Assembly (NCBI GenBank): GCA_007280905.1
Contig: QYQM01000070.1
Location: 69-64,068, forward strand
Direction: 5' to 3'
Source: Porphyromonadaceae bacterium
GTDB lineage: Bacteria > Bacteroidota > Bacteroidia > Bacteroidales > UBA12481
DNA length: 64,000 nt
Every line of letters begins with the position of its first letter. Position 1 is the stretch's first letter. Below, piece by piece: positions 47,216 through 56,700 of this stretch. Made by a program: the position numbers and the translations under genes. The notes beneath the pieces were generated by a model. The model had not been told where the DNA came from, made no database searches, and saw nothing but the letters and a program-made list of their open reading frames with translations.

Positions 47216-48421
47216 CTATTTTTTCAAAACGATCCTAAAGGTCGTCCCCCGGTTGATTTCGGAATTCCTCACGAAAATCTTGCCGTTGTGGTAATTCTCG
47301 ATGATCCTTTTAACCAGCGACAAGCCAAGTCCCCAACCTCTGGGTTTTGTTGTATATCCCGGTTGAAAAACAACTTTGTAATTTGATTTTTGTATGCCTT
47401 TCCCCGAATCGGTAATATCCAGGTAAACCACCTGGTTTTGGTCCTTTACGTAAATATTGATCTGTCCGCTCCCGTCCATAGCATCAATGGCATTCTTGCA
47501 AATATTTTCGACCACCCATTCGAACAGGGTTAGGTTCAGCGGAAGATAAAGTTCATCGAGATCTCCGAAGTGCAATGCGAACTTGATTTTATCGGAGGTC
47601 CTGTTTTGCAGGTATCTGACCGAATTATCCAGCACGGCGAGCAGATTTTCGGGCAGCAGAACCGGTGTTGAACCGATTTTCGAGAAACGGTCGGCAATTG
47701 TTTCGAGCCTTCGCACATCCTTTTCCACCTCCCGGATAATTTCGGGCCCGGCTTCCTCCATTTTCAGGAGCTCTACCCAGGCCATCAGGGAGGAAATCGG
47801 TGTGCCCAACTGATGGGCCGTTTCCTTCGACATACCCACCCAAACCTGGTTTTGCTCGGCCTGGCGGGTGGAGCTGAATCCAAAGTAAGCAAGAAAGACA
47901 AACAGGAAAATGATAGCCAGCTGAATAATCGGATAAAGCTGAATGCGAGTCAGGATATAGGAATCCTTATAGTAGAAAAACTGTTTCGAACCAGGCATCT
48001 CAATCAAAATAGGATCATGCTGCGCTTTCATCTTAGCAAGTTGCCGGGTCAGGTATTTTTTGCTTTTTGAGCCTATGGAATTGAGGTTCTTGCCCCCGTC
48101 GACTGGTTGATTATTACTATCGAATAGTTTTAGATTTCTGGCAATCACCATATTTCCACTCTCATCGACGGTAATTACCGGGATGGTGGTATTGTTTTGG
48201 ATGATTTTAATCAGAAAGTCATCATAAGGAGTTTCCTGGCCGATATTCATGTTGTTCAGCAGTTGCTCCGTTGCAGCAACCCACGTCTCCATCTTCAGCT
48301 TTTCCTCACTCTCCAGTTTCTTGACCAAGGTATTGGTATACCACGAAGTAGCAATTCCAATAATCAGAGCCCCCGCAAGAAGTAAAAATTTCCAGCGTTG
48401 TTTACGCGTATAAATATGCAA
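47216..48421 (-). CDS. Sensor histidine kinase (two TM helices, extracytoplasmic loop), orphan with no adjacent response regulator
   Basis: H-box 'ETAHQLGTPISSLM', N-box 'VVENICKNAIDA', G-boxes 'DSGKGI' and 'GWGLGLSLVKRI'. Confidence 0.85.
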   Translation of the reverse strand: MHIYTRKQRWKFLLLAGALIIGIATSWYTNTLVKKLESEEKLKMETWVAATEQLLNNMNIGQETPYDDFLIKIIQNNTTIPVITVDESGNMVIARNLKLFDSNNQPVDGGKNLNSIGSKSKKYLTRQLAKMKAQHDPILIEMPGSKQFFYYKDSYILTRIQLYPIIQLAIIFLFVFLAYFGFSSTRQAEQNQVWVGMSKETAHQLGTPISSLMAWVELLKMEEAGPEIIREVEKDVRRLETIADRFSKIGSTPVLLPENLLAVLDNSVRYLQNRTSDKIKFALHFGDLDELYLPLNLTLFEWVVENICKNAIDAMDGSGQINIYVKDQNQVVYLDITDSGKGIQKSNYKVVFQPGYTTKPRGWGLGLSLVKRIIENYHNGKIFVRNSEINRGTTFRIVLKK

Positions 48422-48481
48422 ATCAGTCAGTATTTAGAATTTCGAACAGTCTCAGGCTTCAGCAGACTACCTAAAACGATA

Positions 48482-49522
48482 TCATCCCTGCGGATATTGT
48501 ATCAGGCTCAATCTTTTTTCGATCAATTTTCCGGCATACTTTTCGGGGTCATAATCAACCAGATCGAGATCAATGATCTCCTGCCGGTTCCGCATCTGCA
48601 GACTATGGGAGTAAGTTTTGTCGTAGTAAGGAAGAAGTAACCTAACCACGCCGGCAAAGTCACCATTTTCGAGCAATTCAAGGCACTGACTCGTAACAAG
48701 GCCGCCCAGCCGCTTTGAAATCTGCCGGACGGAAGCGGCTAATCTTTCGGGGTCGAGACCGGCATATTCATCCCCGATAACTTTTATTCTCAACTCATCC
48801 GAAACTTTAATCCGGATCAGGGAAGAGGTAGTCATAGCTAAGAAAAAGGGCTCAGGCATGAAAATCCTGCCGATCTGACGGCTCTCATCTTCAAGCCAGA
48901 TGACCTGATCCTGATGATACGACTGTAAATCATGGAACAAATTGTTTTCAAACTGCTCATTCGTTGGCTGGGCACCCAAGCCGATCCCACCGAATACCGA
49001 TCCGCGGTGATTGGCCAATCGTTCGAGATCGACAATGGCCTCCCCGGATTCGGCCAGTTTTTTCAACCAAAGGGTTTTACCGCTTCCGGTGAGCCCGCCC
49101 AATATGATAAATTTCCTGCCGGTAACCAGGTTTTCCCGGATGTATGAACGATAGGCTTTATATCCGCCTTTCAGCACGTTAATGCTGAATCCGGCTGTCT
49201 CGAGCAGCCAGCTCATCGAAGCACTGCGCATACCGCCTCTCCAGCAATGAACCAGAATCTGTTTTCCAGGAGCAAATTTGCGTGCTGCCTGAACAAACCC
49301 CGACATTTTCGGGCCTACGATATCCAGCCCCATATCAAAGGCCCGCGACCGGCCAATCATTTTATACATTGTGCCAATCCTGGCCCGCTCTTCATCAGTG
49401 AACAAATGCAGATTGATGGCTCCCGGGATATGTCCCTGAGCATATTCCGAGGGTGACCGGACGTCCACAACCGGTTTCCGTAATGCCTGGGATAGAAACT
49501 CCCGGGGTCCGATCTCATTCAT
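48482..49522 (-). CDS. selU: tRNA 2-selenouridine synthase (rhodanese plus P-loop)
   Basis: Rhodanese region 'VDVRSPSEYAQGHIPGAINL' with active-site 'VHCWRGGMRS'; Walker A 'GGLTGSGKT'. Confidence 0.85.
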   Translation of the reverse strand: MNEIGPREFLSQALRKPVVDVRSPSEYAQGHIPGAINLHLFTDEERARIGTMYKMIGRSRAFDMGLDIVGPKMSGFVQAARKFAPGKQILVHCWRGGMRSASMSWLLETAGFSINVLKGGYKAYRSYIRENLVTGRKFIILGGLTGSGKTLWLKKLAESGEAIVDLERLANHRGSVFGGIGLGAQPTNEQFENNLFHDLQSYHQDQVIWLEDESRQIGRIFMPEPFFLAMTTSSLIRIKVSDELRIKVIGDEYAGLDPERLAASVRQISKRLGGLVTSQCLELLENGDFAGVVRLLLPYYDKTYSHSLQMRNRQEIIDLDLVDYDPEKYAGKLIEKRLSLIQYPQG

Positions 49523-49970
49523 AAACAGCTATCTCTGCAAAAAATTTCCTAAGATTGACTTGTTTTCCTTGCCTGTGTTCCGTCCGAACGGCGACAGAGC
49601 CTGAATCAGTTTGCGTATCGGCATGGATTGCAACCAAACCCTTCCGTTCCCGCGCAAGGTTAATGGGAATAACTGTTGCCGGATAAGGAGCCGAAAATGC
49701 CACTCTTGATTTGGCATGGCCTCGGTTGGTAAAGTGCGTCATAAAAAGAGACTCTCCCGCCAGAACCCTTGACCCTGCCGAGAGTAATTTTCCAAGCATT
49801 CTCTGGTTAGGTTCGCTGCCATCACCCATCCGGGTTTCAAAGGTGATACCCACCTCTAGATAAACCATAGCGCCGGCTTCGGCAATAACGATTTCCATCG
49901 GATCCAGCTCGATCTCGACCAGCTGGATATCTTCACCAATAATTTTATAATCAATCTGATGTGATTTCAT
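49515..49970 (-). pseudogene. AIM24/DUF124 (TIGR00266-like) gene relic with an internal out-of-frame deletion
   Basis: The N-terminal ~110 aa are family-like ('YKIIGEDIQLVEIELDPMEIVIAEAGAMVYLE...GESLFMTHFTN.G....VAFSAPYPATVIPINL'). The family's C-terminal motif ('LRGNGRVWLQSMPIRKLIQAL') follows immediately but in another frame (ORF 49529-49717). The ~120-aa middle of the family is missing. Confidence 0.6.
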
Positions 49971-49985
49971 TCTATACTGATTTTA

Positions 49986-52193
49986 TTAGTTGACAATGGT
50001 GATCCTACCCGTACCCTGACCGGTTACCCGGCCGATTATGACAGCATCGGCAATGCCCTTCAGGTGAAGGGTTCTGACCGCTTCAGCCGCATCCTCAGCA
50101 GGCAGAGCCGCCAGCAGCCCGCCGGAGGTTTGGGCATCGCAAATGGCAAGTTTCTGTATTTCATCGAAATTTCCGGGCCAGTTGACCCAATCGTTAGCAT
50201 AAGCAAGATTGTTTCGGGTACCTCCAGGCACAACGCCGGATCCGATCAGCTGGAATATATCACTAAGGTAAGGAACATCCGCTGCCTGAAGCTCAGCATC
50301 GGCGTGGCTTCCTCGGGTCATTTCCAGGAGATGGCCGATCAGGCCAAAACCGGTAACATCGGTACACGCGTGAATGGTAAACGATTGTAAAGTTTCAGCG
50401 GCAGTTTTATTCAGGGTGCTCATCAGCTGGAAAACTATATCTGCCTGATTATTTGGAAGAAGACCTTGTTTAAGGGCTGTACTGTAAATCCCGGTACCGA
50501 TTGGTTTGGTCAGAATGAGGACATCGCCTTTCCTGGCCCCGCTGTTAGTCCAGATTTTGTCCGGATGAACGCTGCCGGTGACCACCATGCCGTATTTTGG
50601 CTCGGTATCCTCGATGGTATGTCCGCCTAGAACTGATATGCCGGCTTCGGCTGCCTTATCCTGGGCTCCGTGAAGAATATCGCGAAGCACTTGCAGATCA
50701 AGTCGTTTTACAGGGAAACCCACAATATTCAGGGCAAACAGCGGTTTGGCTCCCATGGCATAAATATCACTGAGGGCATTAGCGGCAGCGATTGCACCAA
50801 ACAGATAAGGATCATCCACAACCGGTGTAAAAAAATCAACCGTTTCAACCAGGGCGATATCATCGCTGATGCGAAATACAGCAGCATCATCGGCTGTTTC
50901 AGGACCGACCAGGATATCCAGGTTTTTTAATATTTTCAAGTCCTTCACCACTTTCTCCAGATCCTGCGGCCGGAGTTTGCAGGCGCAACCCAGTCCATGG
51001 GTAAATTGTGTGAGCTTAATCCCACCCGACCGAATGCGAGCCGGTTCGATGGTTGAAATTGGCGAAAGGGATATTACTGCTTCAGTAATCAATCGGGCAG
51101 CCTGCCTGATTTCTTCTTCGGTGGTATATTTTCCGGTTGACAGCCGGATGGTTCCCATTGCCACATCGATAGGAACTTGCATGGCCCTAAGCACTCCGGA
51201 AACGGTAACCTGATCGGTATGGCAGGCAGCGCCGGCCGAAGCCGCTACTCCATCTGCCGAGCTGAGCAGTGTATTTGCTTCAATTCCGGGAAAGCCGATG
51301 CTTAGCGTATTTGGAAGCCGTTTCTCAGGATGCCCGTGCACAACAGCGCGGGGATATCTTTCCAGAATCAGTTCTTCAAGCAGGTCCCGCATTTTTTTCA
51401 GGTGTATACCGGTTTCGGACCCGTTTTGCATCGCCAGTTCACAAGCTTTGCCCAGACCGGCAATCTCCAGAACATTTTCAGTGCCCGGCCTGCGGTTTTG
51501 CTCATGATCTGCACCATGAATGATTTTATCGAGGCGAATACCCTGTCTGATATAAAGGGCGCCGATACCTTTCGGGGCATACAGTTTATGGCCGGCAACA
51601 GACAGGAGATCCACGTTAAGCTCGTTCACATTAACCGGAATCTTACCAATACTCTGAGCTGCATCGCAATGCATCCAGATTCCCTTTTCGTGGGCCATTT
51701 TTCCGATTTCGGCAACCGGCTGAATGGTTCCGACCTCATTATTGGCATGCATCACCGATATCAGTATAGTTTCCGGTCGTATCAGCCGAAATACCTCCGC
51801 TGGATCGACCATGCCATATTCATTTACAGGAACATGGGTAATTTGAAATCCCTCCTTTTCAAGATAGCTGCATACCTCGAGCACAGCAGGGTGCTCAACC
51901 GAAGTGGTAATAATATGATTGCCCAGGTGGCGCCGGGCATGGGCAGCCCCGATGATCGCCAGGTTATTGGATTCAGTGCCGCCGCTGGTAAATACAATTT
52001 CATACGCAAATGCACCTAGCAGACCGGCCACCTGTTTTCTGGCTGTTTCAACTGCCAGCCGGGTTTGCGAGCCGTAATAATGACTGCTGCTCGGATTGCC
52101 AAAGAACTCCCTCAGAAACGGTTCCATGGTATTGGCCACAGCAGGATCAATCGGGGTGGTTGCATTATAATCGAGGTAAATTGGTTTGGCCAT
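49986..52193 (-). CDS. selD: Fusion protein: NifS-like cysteine desulfurase/selenocysteine lyase (N) plus selenide,water dikinase SelD (C)
   Basis: N-terminal half: 'IYLDYNATTP', 'FTSGGTESNN', PLP-Lys 'SVAGHKLYAPKGIG', active loop 'SAGAACH'. C-terminal half: SelD N-terminal loop 'THGLGCACKL' (Cys form, no UGA), 'VETVDFFTPVVDDPYLFGAIAAANALSDIYAMGA', 'VLGGHT'. Confidence 0.85.
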   Translation of the reverse strand: MAKPIYLDYNATTPIDPAVANTMEPFLREFFGNPSSSHYYGSQTRLAVETARKQVAGLLGAFAYEIVFTSGGTESNNLAIIGAAHARRHLGNHIITTSVEHPAVLEVCSYLEKEGFQITHVPVNEYGMVDPAEVFRLIRPETILISVMHANNEVGTIQPVAEIGKMAHEKGIWMHCDAAQSIGKIPVNVNELNVDLLSVAGHKLYAPKGIGALYIRQGIRLDKIIHGADHEQNRRPGTENVLEIAGLGKACELAMQNGSETGIHLKKMRDLLEELILERYPRAVVHGHPEKRLPNTLSIGFPGIEANTLLSSADGVAASAGAACHTDQVTVSGVLRAMQVPIDVAMGTIRLSTGKYTTEEEIRQAARLITEAVISLSPISTIEPARIRSGGIKLTQFTHGLGCACKLRPQDLEKVVKDLKILKNLDILVGPETADDAAVFRISDDIALVETVDFFTPVVDDPYLFGAIAAANALSDIYAMGAKPLFALNIVGFPVKRLDLQVLRDILHGAQDKAAEAGISVLGGHTIEDTEPKYGMVVTGSVHPDKIWTNSGARKGDVLILTKPIGTGIYSTALKQGLLPNNQADIVFQLMSTLNKTAAETLQSFTIHACTDVTGFGLIGHLLEMTRGSHADAELQAADVPYLSDIFQLIGSGVVPGGTRNNLAYANDWVNWPGNFDEIQKLAICDAQTSGGLLAALPAEDAAEAVRTLHLKGIADAVIIGRVTGQGTGRITIVN

Positions 52194-52206
52194 AATCCCT
52201 GTAATT

Positions 52207-53142
52207 CTATCGGTATTTATTATTTACCCCTTCCATCATTCCCAGATAATTCAGGAACCTCATCTCTGATACTAATCCGTTTTCAACGGCTTCACGAACT
52301 GAGCAACCCGGCTCATGGGTGTGTGAGCAGTTATAAAACTGGCAGGTATCGGAATGTTTGAATATCTCCGGAAAATAATGGTAGAGTTCGCTTTTATCTA
52401 TTTCGAGCATTCCAAAGCCTCGGATGCCGGGAGTATCGATGATATGTCCGCCTGATGATATTTCCACCATTTCAGGAAAAGTGGTGGTGTGTTTACCTGA
52501 TTTATTGGAAACGGATATCTCGCGGGTCTTCAAATGTTTTAATGGATCCAGCAAATTGATCAGTGTAGATTTGCCTACTCCGCTGTTTCCGCTGATCAAA
52601 GTGATCTTGCCCGGAAGGTAATTCCTGATTTCCTCTAATCCCTTTCTGGATACCAGCGATAGCGTATGACAGGGGTACCCGGCCAGGGTATAGGCATTGA
52701 TCCAATCGAACTGGGTGCCCATCTCATCAGTACCATAAAGATCGGTTTTGTTGAAAACCAGGACAGTCGGAACACTGTATGCTTCGGCGGTAACAAGGAA
52801 CCGATCCGCAAACATCGATAAGGTGACGGGTGCTTTCAGGGTAATCATCAGAAAAGCCTGATCGATGTTTGCAGCGAGAATATGCGATTCACGCGCTAAA
52901 TTGATGGCTTTCCGGATGATATAGTTTTTCCGCTGATGGATTTTCGTGATTATCCCTTTACCCGGCGCATCAGAAGTTCCGTCGACCCGGTCGCCAACGG
53001 CAACCGGATTTGTGGTACGGATCCCCTTCATCCTGAAAAGTCCCTTGATGCCGCAAATGAGTACCTCGCCGCTATCAATTCTTACAGTATGATAGGAGCC
53101 GGTGGTTTTAATGACGGTGCCGGTAAAAAAGGAAGTTGACAT
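52207..53142 (-). CDS. rsgA: Ribosome small-subunit-dependent GTPase A
   Basis: Circularly permuted GTPase: 'NKTDL', 'GNSGVGKSTLIN', 'DTPG', and zinc finger 'C.F.NCSH..EPGC'. Confidence 0.9.
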   Translation of the reverse strand: MSTSFFTGTVIKTTGSYHTVRIDSGEVLICGIKGLFRMKGIRTTNPVAVGDRVDGTSDAPGKGIITKIHQRKNYIIRKAINLARESHILAANIDQAFLMITLKAPVTLSMFADRFLVTAEAYSVPTVLVFNKTDLYGTDEMGTQFDWINAYTLAGYPCHTLSLVSRKGLEEIRNYLPGKITLISGNSGVGKSTLINLLDPLKHLKTREISVSNKSGKHTTTFPEMVEISSGGHIIDTPGIRGFGMLEIDKSELYHYFPEIFKHSDTCQFYNCSHTHEPGCSVREAVENGLVSEMRFLNYLGMMEGVNNKYR

Positions 53143-53185
53143 ACGTAGACAAAACTACGAAGAATAATTATGCCCTTCGGGCTAA

Positions 53186-53893
53186 TTAGTGCATCAGGAA
53201 CTGCAGGTCCCCTCCAGGATATACTTCGAATGGAGTCTCGTTTTTGCGGAATATCCGTGCTGGCCGGGGGCCGATGAGCTCAACCTGCCGGTTCCGGATT
53301 TCCAGCATGGTGCCTTCACGGAGCCCTACAACATAAAGATCGGGGTTTATTTCGATGAACTCGAGGATCCGTTGTTCCCTTGTTTCTCCGGCATGGCCTT
53401 CGGGATGTTCATCCAGGTAATGCGGATTGATCTGGAACGGAACAAAATTACAGGAATATAGTCCGACAGGATCGATAATGGGCATATCGTTGGTCGTCCG
53501 GATAGTAGGGCAGGCAACATTTGCCCCGGCACTCCAGCCGATAAATGGCGTTCCGGTCAGAACTTTTTCCCGGATGGCATCAATCAGGTTAAAATTGTGC
53601 AGACAGCGGGTCAGCTGCCAGGTATTTCCACCACCAATGACAATAGCCCTGGCAGCCTCCACCGCCTCCGCCGGTGATCCGTAATGATGGATCGAATCCA
53701 CTCTGATTCCCAACTCGTTAAACCGTTCCTGCACCTTTTTCTCATAGGCATCATAGGAAAAGGTAACTGCAGCATAAGGAATAAAAAGTACCTGATCGAC
53801 CGCTGGTTTCAGGAACTTTCCGATTTGTTCCCTGGGATGCTGGAGATAGGTATCCCCGGCATTGGTAGAATTGCTGATTAATAATAGCTTCAT
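53186..53893 (-). CDS. pepE: Dipeptidase E (peptidase S51)
   Basis: 'LLLISNS', 'IVIGGGNTWQL', 'GWSAGAN', 'INPHY'. Confidence 0.8.
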   Translation of the reverse strand: MKLLLISNSTNAGDTYLQHPREQIGKFLKPAVDQVLFIPYAAVTFSYDAYEKKVQERFNELGIRVDSIHHYGSPAEAVEAARAIVIGGGNTWQLTRCLHNFNLIDAIREKVLTGTPFIGWSAGANVACPTIRTTNDMPIIDPVGLYSCNFVPFQINPHYLDEHPEGHAGETREQRILEFIEINPDLYVVGLREGTMLEIRNRQVELIGPRPARIFRKNETPFEVYPGGDLQFLMH

Positions 53894-54672
53894 AATGTTT
53901 TCGCCTCTTTAAAGCGTGTCATTAGGTTCTCCCGGTTAAAATTGTCCGGGTTTTTTTCAATATCGATAAAAAGAAATTGTGTATTTAATGCATTGTAAAT
54001 CAGTAATTTTCCACTTAATAGCTCACCCGCTCCGGTCACTAATTTGAGTGCCTCATTAGCCTGCATCAATCCGATAATGCCAGGTATCACACTATAAATG
54101 CCCAAAACAGGCCGGGGGACTTTGATTGCCGGAACAGTCTCCGGGTGGAGGCAACGGTAGCTGGGGCCGTTCCGGTAGTTGAAAACGGAAACCTGACCCT
54201 GGTATTCATGAACCGCTGCATGGACCATTGGCTTATCTTGAATAATGCAGGCATCATTGATCAGGTATCGGGATTCCAGATTATCGGTACAGTCGAGAAT
54301 CACATCATATTCAGCAATTATCTCCAATGCGTTCTGAGCGGTCAGCCGGCGATTAATCATGATCAGATCTACAAAACTGTTCAATCGTTTCATGCGGGTA
54401 CTGGCTACGATGGATTTTAACTTTCCTATATCGTTAAATCCGTAAAAAACCTGGCGCTGCAGGTTCGATATTTCAATCTCATCATGATCTATAATACCGA
54501 TGACCCCTGCACCGGCAGCCGTAAGATACTGGATCACCGGGCATCCCAGGCCGCCGGCTCCAACAACCAAAAATTTGGTATTCCGGATCAGCGTTTGTCC
54601 GGCTTCACCGATCTCCTTGAGAATGAGATGACGGTGATACCTGAGTTTTTCGGGATCGCTGAGTACTGTCAT
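53890..54672 (-). CDS. ThiF/MoeB/HesA-family adenylyltransferase (E1-like)
   Basis: 'RYHRHLIL..IG..GQ', nucleotide loop 'VVGAGGLGC', 'D.D.IE.SNLQRQ'. The substrate (MoaD/ThiS/other) cannot be told from context. Confidence 0.8.
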   Translation of the reverse strand: MTVLSDPEKLRYHRHLILKEIGEAGQTLIRNTKFLVVGAGGLGCPVIQYLTAAGAGVIGIIDHDEIEISNLQRQVFYGFNDIGKLKSIVASTRMKRLNSFVDLIMINRRLTAQNALEIIAEYDVILDCTDNLESRYLINDACIIQDKPMVHAAVHEYQGQVSVFNYRNGPSYRCLHPETVPAIKVPRPVLGIYSVIPGIIGLMQANEALKLVTGAGELLSGKLLIYNALNTQFLFIDIEKNPDNFNRENLMTRFKEAKTL

Positions 54673-54748
54673 GGTGCGAAAGTTAAAAAAAAACTGTAGA
54701 GGCGCATAATTATGCGTCTCTACAGTCAGTCGAAGGCTAATGTTCGAA

Positions 54749-55588
54749 TCAGCCGCCGAAATGTATTCCTATGGTTACCGGATAGATTTCCGGTCCTTTG
54801 CAATTTTCAAAGAGTGTCTGCGGATAGTAATTTGCGAACAGTGCTACATCACCATACCCAACACGGGCGGTAAAACCGTAGTTAAAATCTCTCAGATAGA
54901 AATCATCCTTGATTTTAATCTTTTGTTTCTCACCATTAACTATGTATTTCTGAACCTGGCGTGATCCGATACGCAGGCCGCCAATCACACCGGCTGCGAG
55001 TTTAATCCGTCTGTTTTCACCATATACCGGAATCTGGAATTGCACCATTAAAGGAAGATTCAGATGCCAGATAGCCAGCCGGTTTTTATACAATTCCATT
55101 TCAACAGGTTCTGCCACAATACCGTTATCTGTTTTCGTGAAACTGAAATCATTGACGAAGCGATAGTTCTGATATTGAAAACCCAGGCCGGTAACTATCC
55201 CAACATAGTTTTTTATAATTCCTAATGTTTTCTCGGCAAAATTGAAATTAAACTCCATACTGTTGGCTACTTTAAGGTCCATAAAATCGGCGCCTTCCGG
55301 TAACGTCATCGTATTATCTGAATTAACAAAATTGGTCAGGCCGAGTTCAAATCCGGCCCAGGTGCCGTTCATCCGGTGAACTGGCTTGTGTTCTTTCTCA
55401 ATGCGACGTTCTCTAATGACAACATTTGAATCACCTTCTGTTAAAATCCTGATGTCCTTATCATCATCCACAATAACGATATATTTTTTATTTCCGATCC
55501 TGATCTTTGATGTATCGGGATTCTGCCCGTAGCTATTTAAGCCAAAAAGGACCATGGCTGCTGATGCGAGTAAAACGATTTTTTTCAT
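54749..55588 (-). CDS. Outer-membrane beta-barrel protein (porin-like), downstream of the ECF/anti-sigma pair
   Basis: Signal peptide 'MKKIVLLASAAMVLFGLNSYGQ' and an alternating beta-strand pattern. Confidence 0.5.
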   Translation of the reverse strand: MKKIVLLASAAMVLFGLNSYGQNPDTSKIRIGNKKYIVIVDDDKDIRILTEGDSNVVIRERRIEKEHKPVHRMNGTWAGFELGLTNFVNSDNTMTLPEGADFMDLKVANSMEFNFNFAEKTLGIIKNYVGIVTGLGFQYQNYRFVNDFSFTKTDNGIVAEPVEMELYKNRLAIWHLNLPLMVQFQIPVYGENRRIKLAAGVIGGLRIGSRQVQKYIVNGEKQKIKIKDDFYLRDFNYGFTARVGYGDVALFANYYPQTLFENCKGPEIYPVTIGIHFGG

Positions 55589-55658
55589 GATAATTGGTTT
55601 AAACTATTTTAAAGATAGGACGGAGTGGTCTTGGGAAAAGTTACAGGAAACGATTTAC

Positions 55659-56699
55659 TTATCTGTTTTCCTGGTCCCGGATGGGTGATTCTACATCAAA
55701 AAGGCGGGAGTTGAATGAAACCGCCATGATATCCCCTTTAGAATCATATTCGCGGTTGAACTTCATATTTGTACCTGCCAAAGAATTGATTTTATCGACA
55801 CCCGCTCCAGCGACTTCCCACATAGAGAAACGGGTTCTCCTGACCAGAATGCGATCCTCGCCGAGAATTTTTTCGCGGAATAATTGAAGGGCATATTGAG
55901 GCAATGTCAGCGCATCTGCTGCGGTAACGGAATTGATAATTGCAGACGGATAGTTCGATGCGAGTAATATTTTTGTGCTTTGCGGATCCGGAATTCTGGG
56001 TCCTGCTCCTGCCGATTTGTGGGAAAGTGAGTTCATCGGGATGAATTCCCGCGGGCTGCTTTCTAATTTAGCGGGCTTTTCGTTAACCGGGATAATGGTT
56101 GTCGGTTGTCGGTTATCAGTTATCGGTTGTTGAATATTGGTCGAGGGTAGTTGGTTGCTGGTTGCAGTCTGTTCGATTTTGGCCAAACCGGGAGTCACTA
56201 TTTTTGGGGGATCCGGCCAGAGAAACCAGACCAATAAAATAACTGCAGCAGAGGAGATTGCCGTGATGATCCAGGGTGAAAGAATACGGGTTTTCCTGAG
56301 AAGTTCTTTTTTATACGGATAAATCACTGAATCAGCCGGATTCAGCCGGGTAAGCTGGAAAGCAGCATATTTTTCCGCAAGTTCGGCATACTCATTCAAC
56401 TGAAAGTCAAACATCCTGGCCTCTTCCTCCGGCAGATCATTTTCCATGCGGGCAATGCAAAGTTGATCCATGGAAGCAATACCGGGAATATCAGCCGGAC
56501 TTTTTAACAATTGTTCTTTCTGGTCAAGGGATTCCACGCCGGCAGCCAGACTGACTCCTGAGACTCCGAGGAGTTCCTGCTTCAGGTCGGGATTCTGTTC
56601 CAGAAAATCAAGAAAGGTTTCGAGCTGTTCATTGCTCAGCTGCCCATCGAGATAATCGAGGAACCAGATCTCGTAATTATTTCTAGTCAGGCTTTCCAT
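55659..56699 (-). CDS. Putative anti-sigma factor / single-pass membrane protein
   Basis: There is a 2-nt gap after the ECF sigma gene. N-terminus 'YEIWFLDYLDGQLS..Q...F..FL..NP' and one TM helix 'WIITAISSAAVILLVWFLW'. The linker after the TM is encoded by a heptamer array. Confidence 0.5.
   Translation of the reverse strand: MESLTRNNYEIWFLDYLDGQLSNEQLETFLDFLEQNPDLKQELLGVSGVSLAAGVESLDQKEQLLKSPADIPGIASMDQLCIARMENDLPEEEARMFDFQLNEYAELAEKYAAFQLTRLNPADSVIYPYKKELLRKTRILSPWIITAISSAAVILLVWFLWPDPPKIVTPGLAKIEQTATSNQLPSTNIQQPITDNRQPTTIIPVNEKPAKLESSPREFIPMNSLSHKSAGAGPRIPDPQSTKILLASNYPSAIINSVTAADALTLPQYALQLFREKILGEDRILVRRTRFSMWEVAGAGVDKINSLAGTNMKFNREYDSKGDIMAVSFNSRLFDVESPIRDQENR
56097..56166. repeat. Heptamer array (GGTTGTC/GGTTATC/GGTTGCT family) inside the anti-sigma CDS
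   Basis: 'ggttgtc ggttgtc ggttatc agttatc ggttgtt ... ggtagtt ggttgct ggttgca'. The coding strand gives '...TSNQLPSTNIQQPITDNRQPTT...'. Confidence 0.8.
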
Positions 56700-56700
56700 T

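Noticed and set aside
51330-52019. 229-aa plus-strand ORF, and several smaller ones, inside 49986-52193
   Set aside because: They are antisense to the NifS-SelD fusion, whose frame carries PLP-lysine, active-site Cys and SelD motifs. The antisense products have no recognisable features.
49986-52193. Selenocysteine (UGA) recoding in SelD or in the two thioredoxin-like CxxC proteins
   Set aside because: The SelD active-site loop reads GCACK with a Cys codon, and both TlpA-like proteins have intact CxxC in uninterrupted ORFs. No in-frame TGA is needed to explain any gene here.
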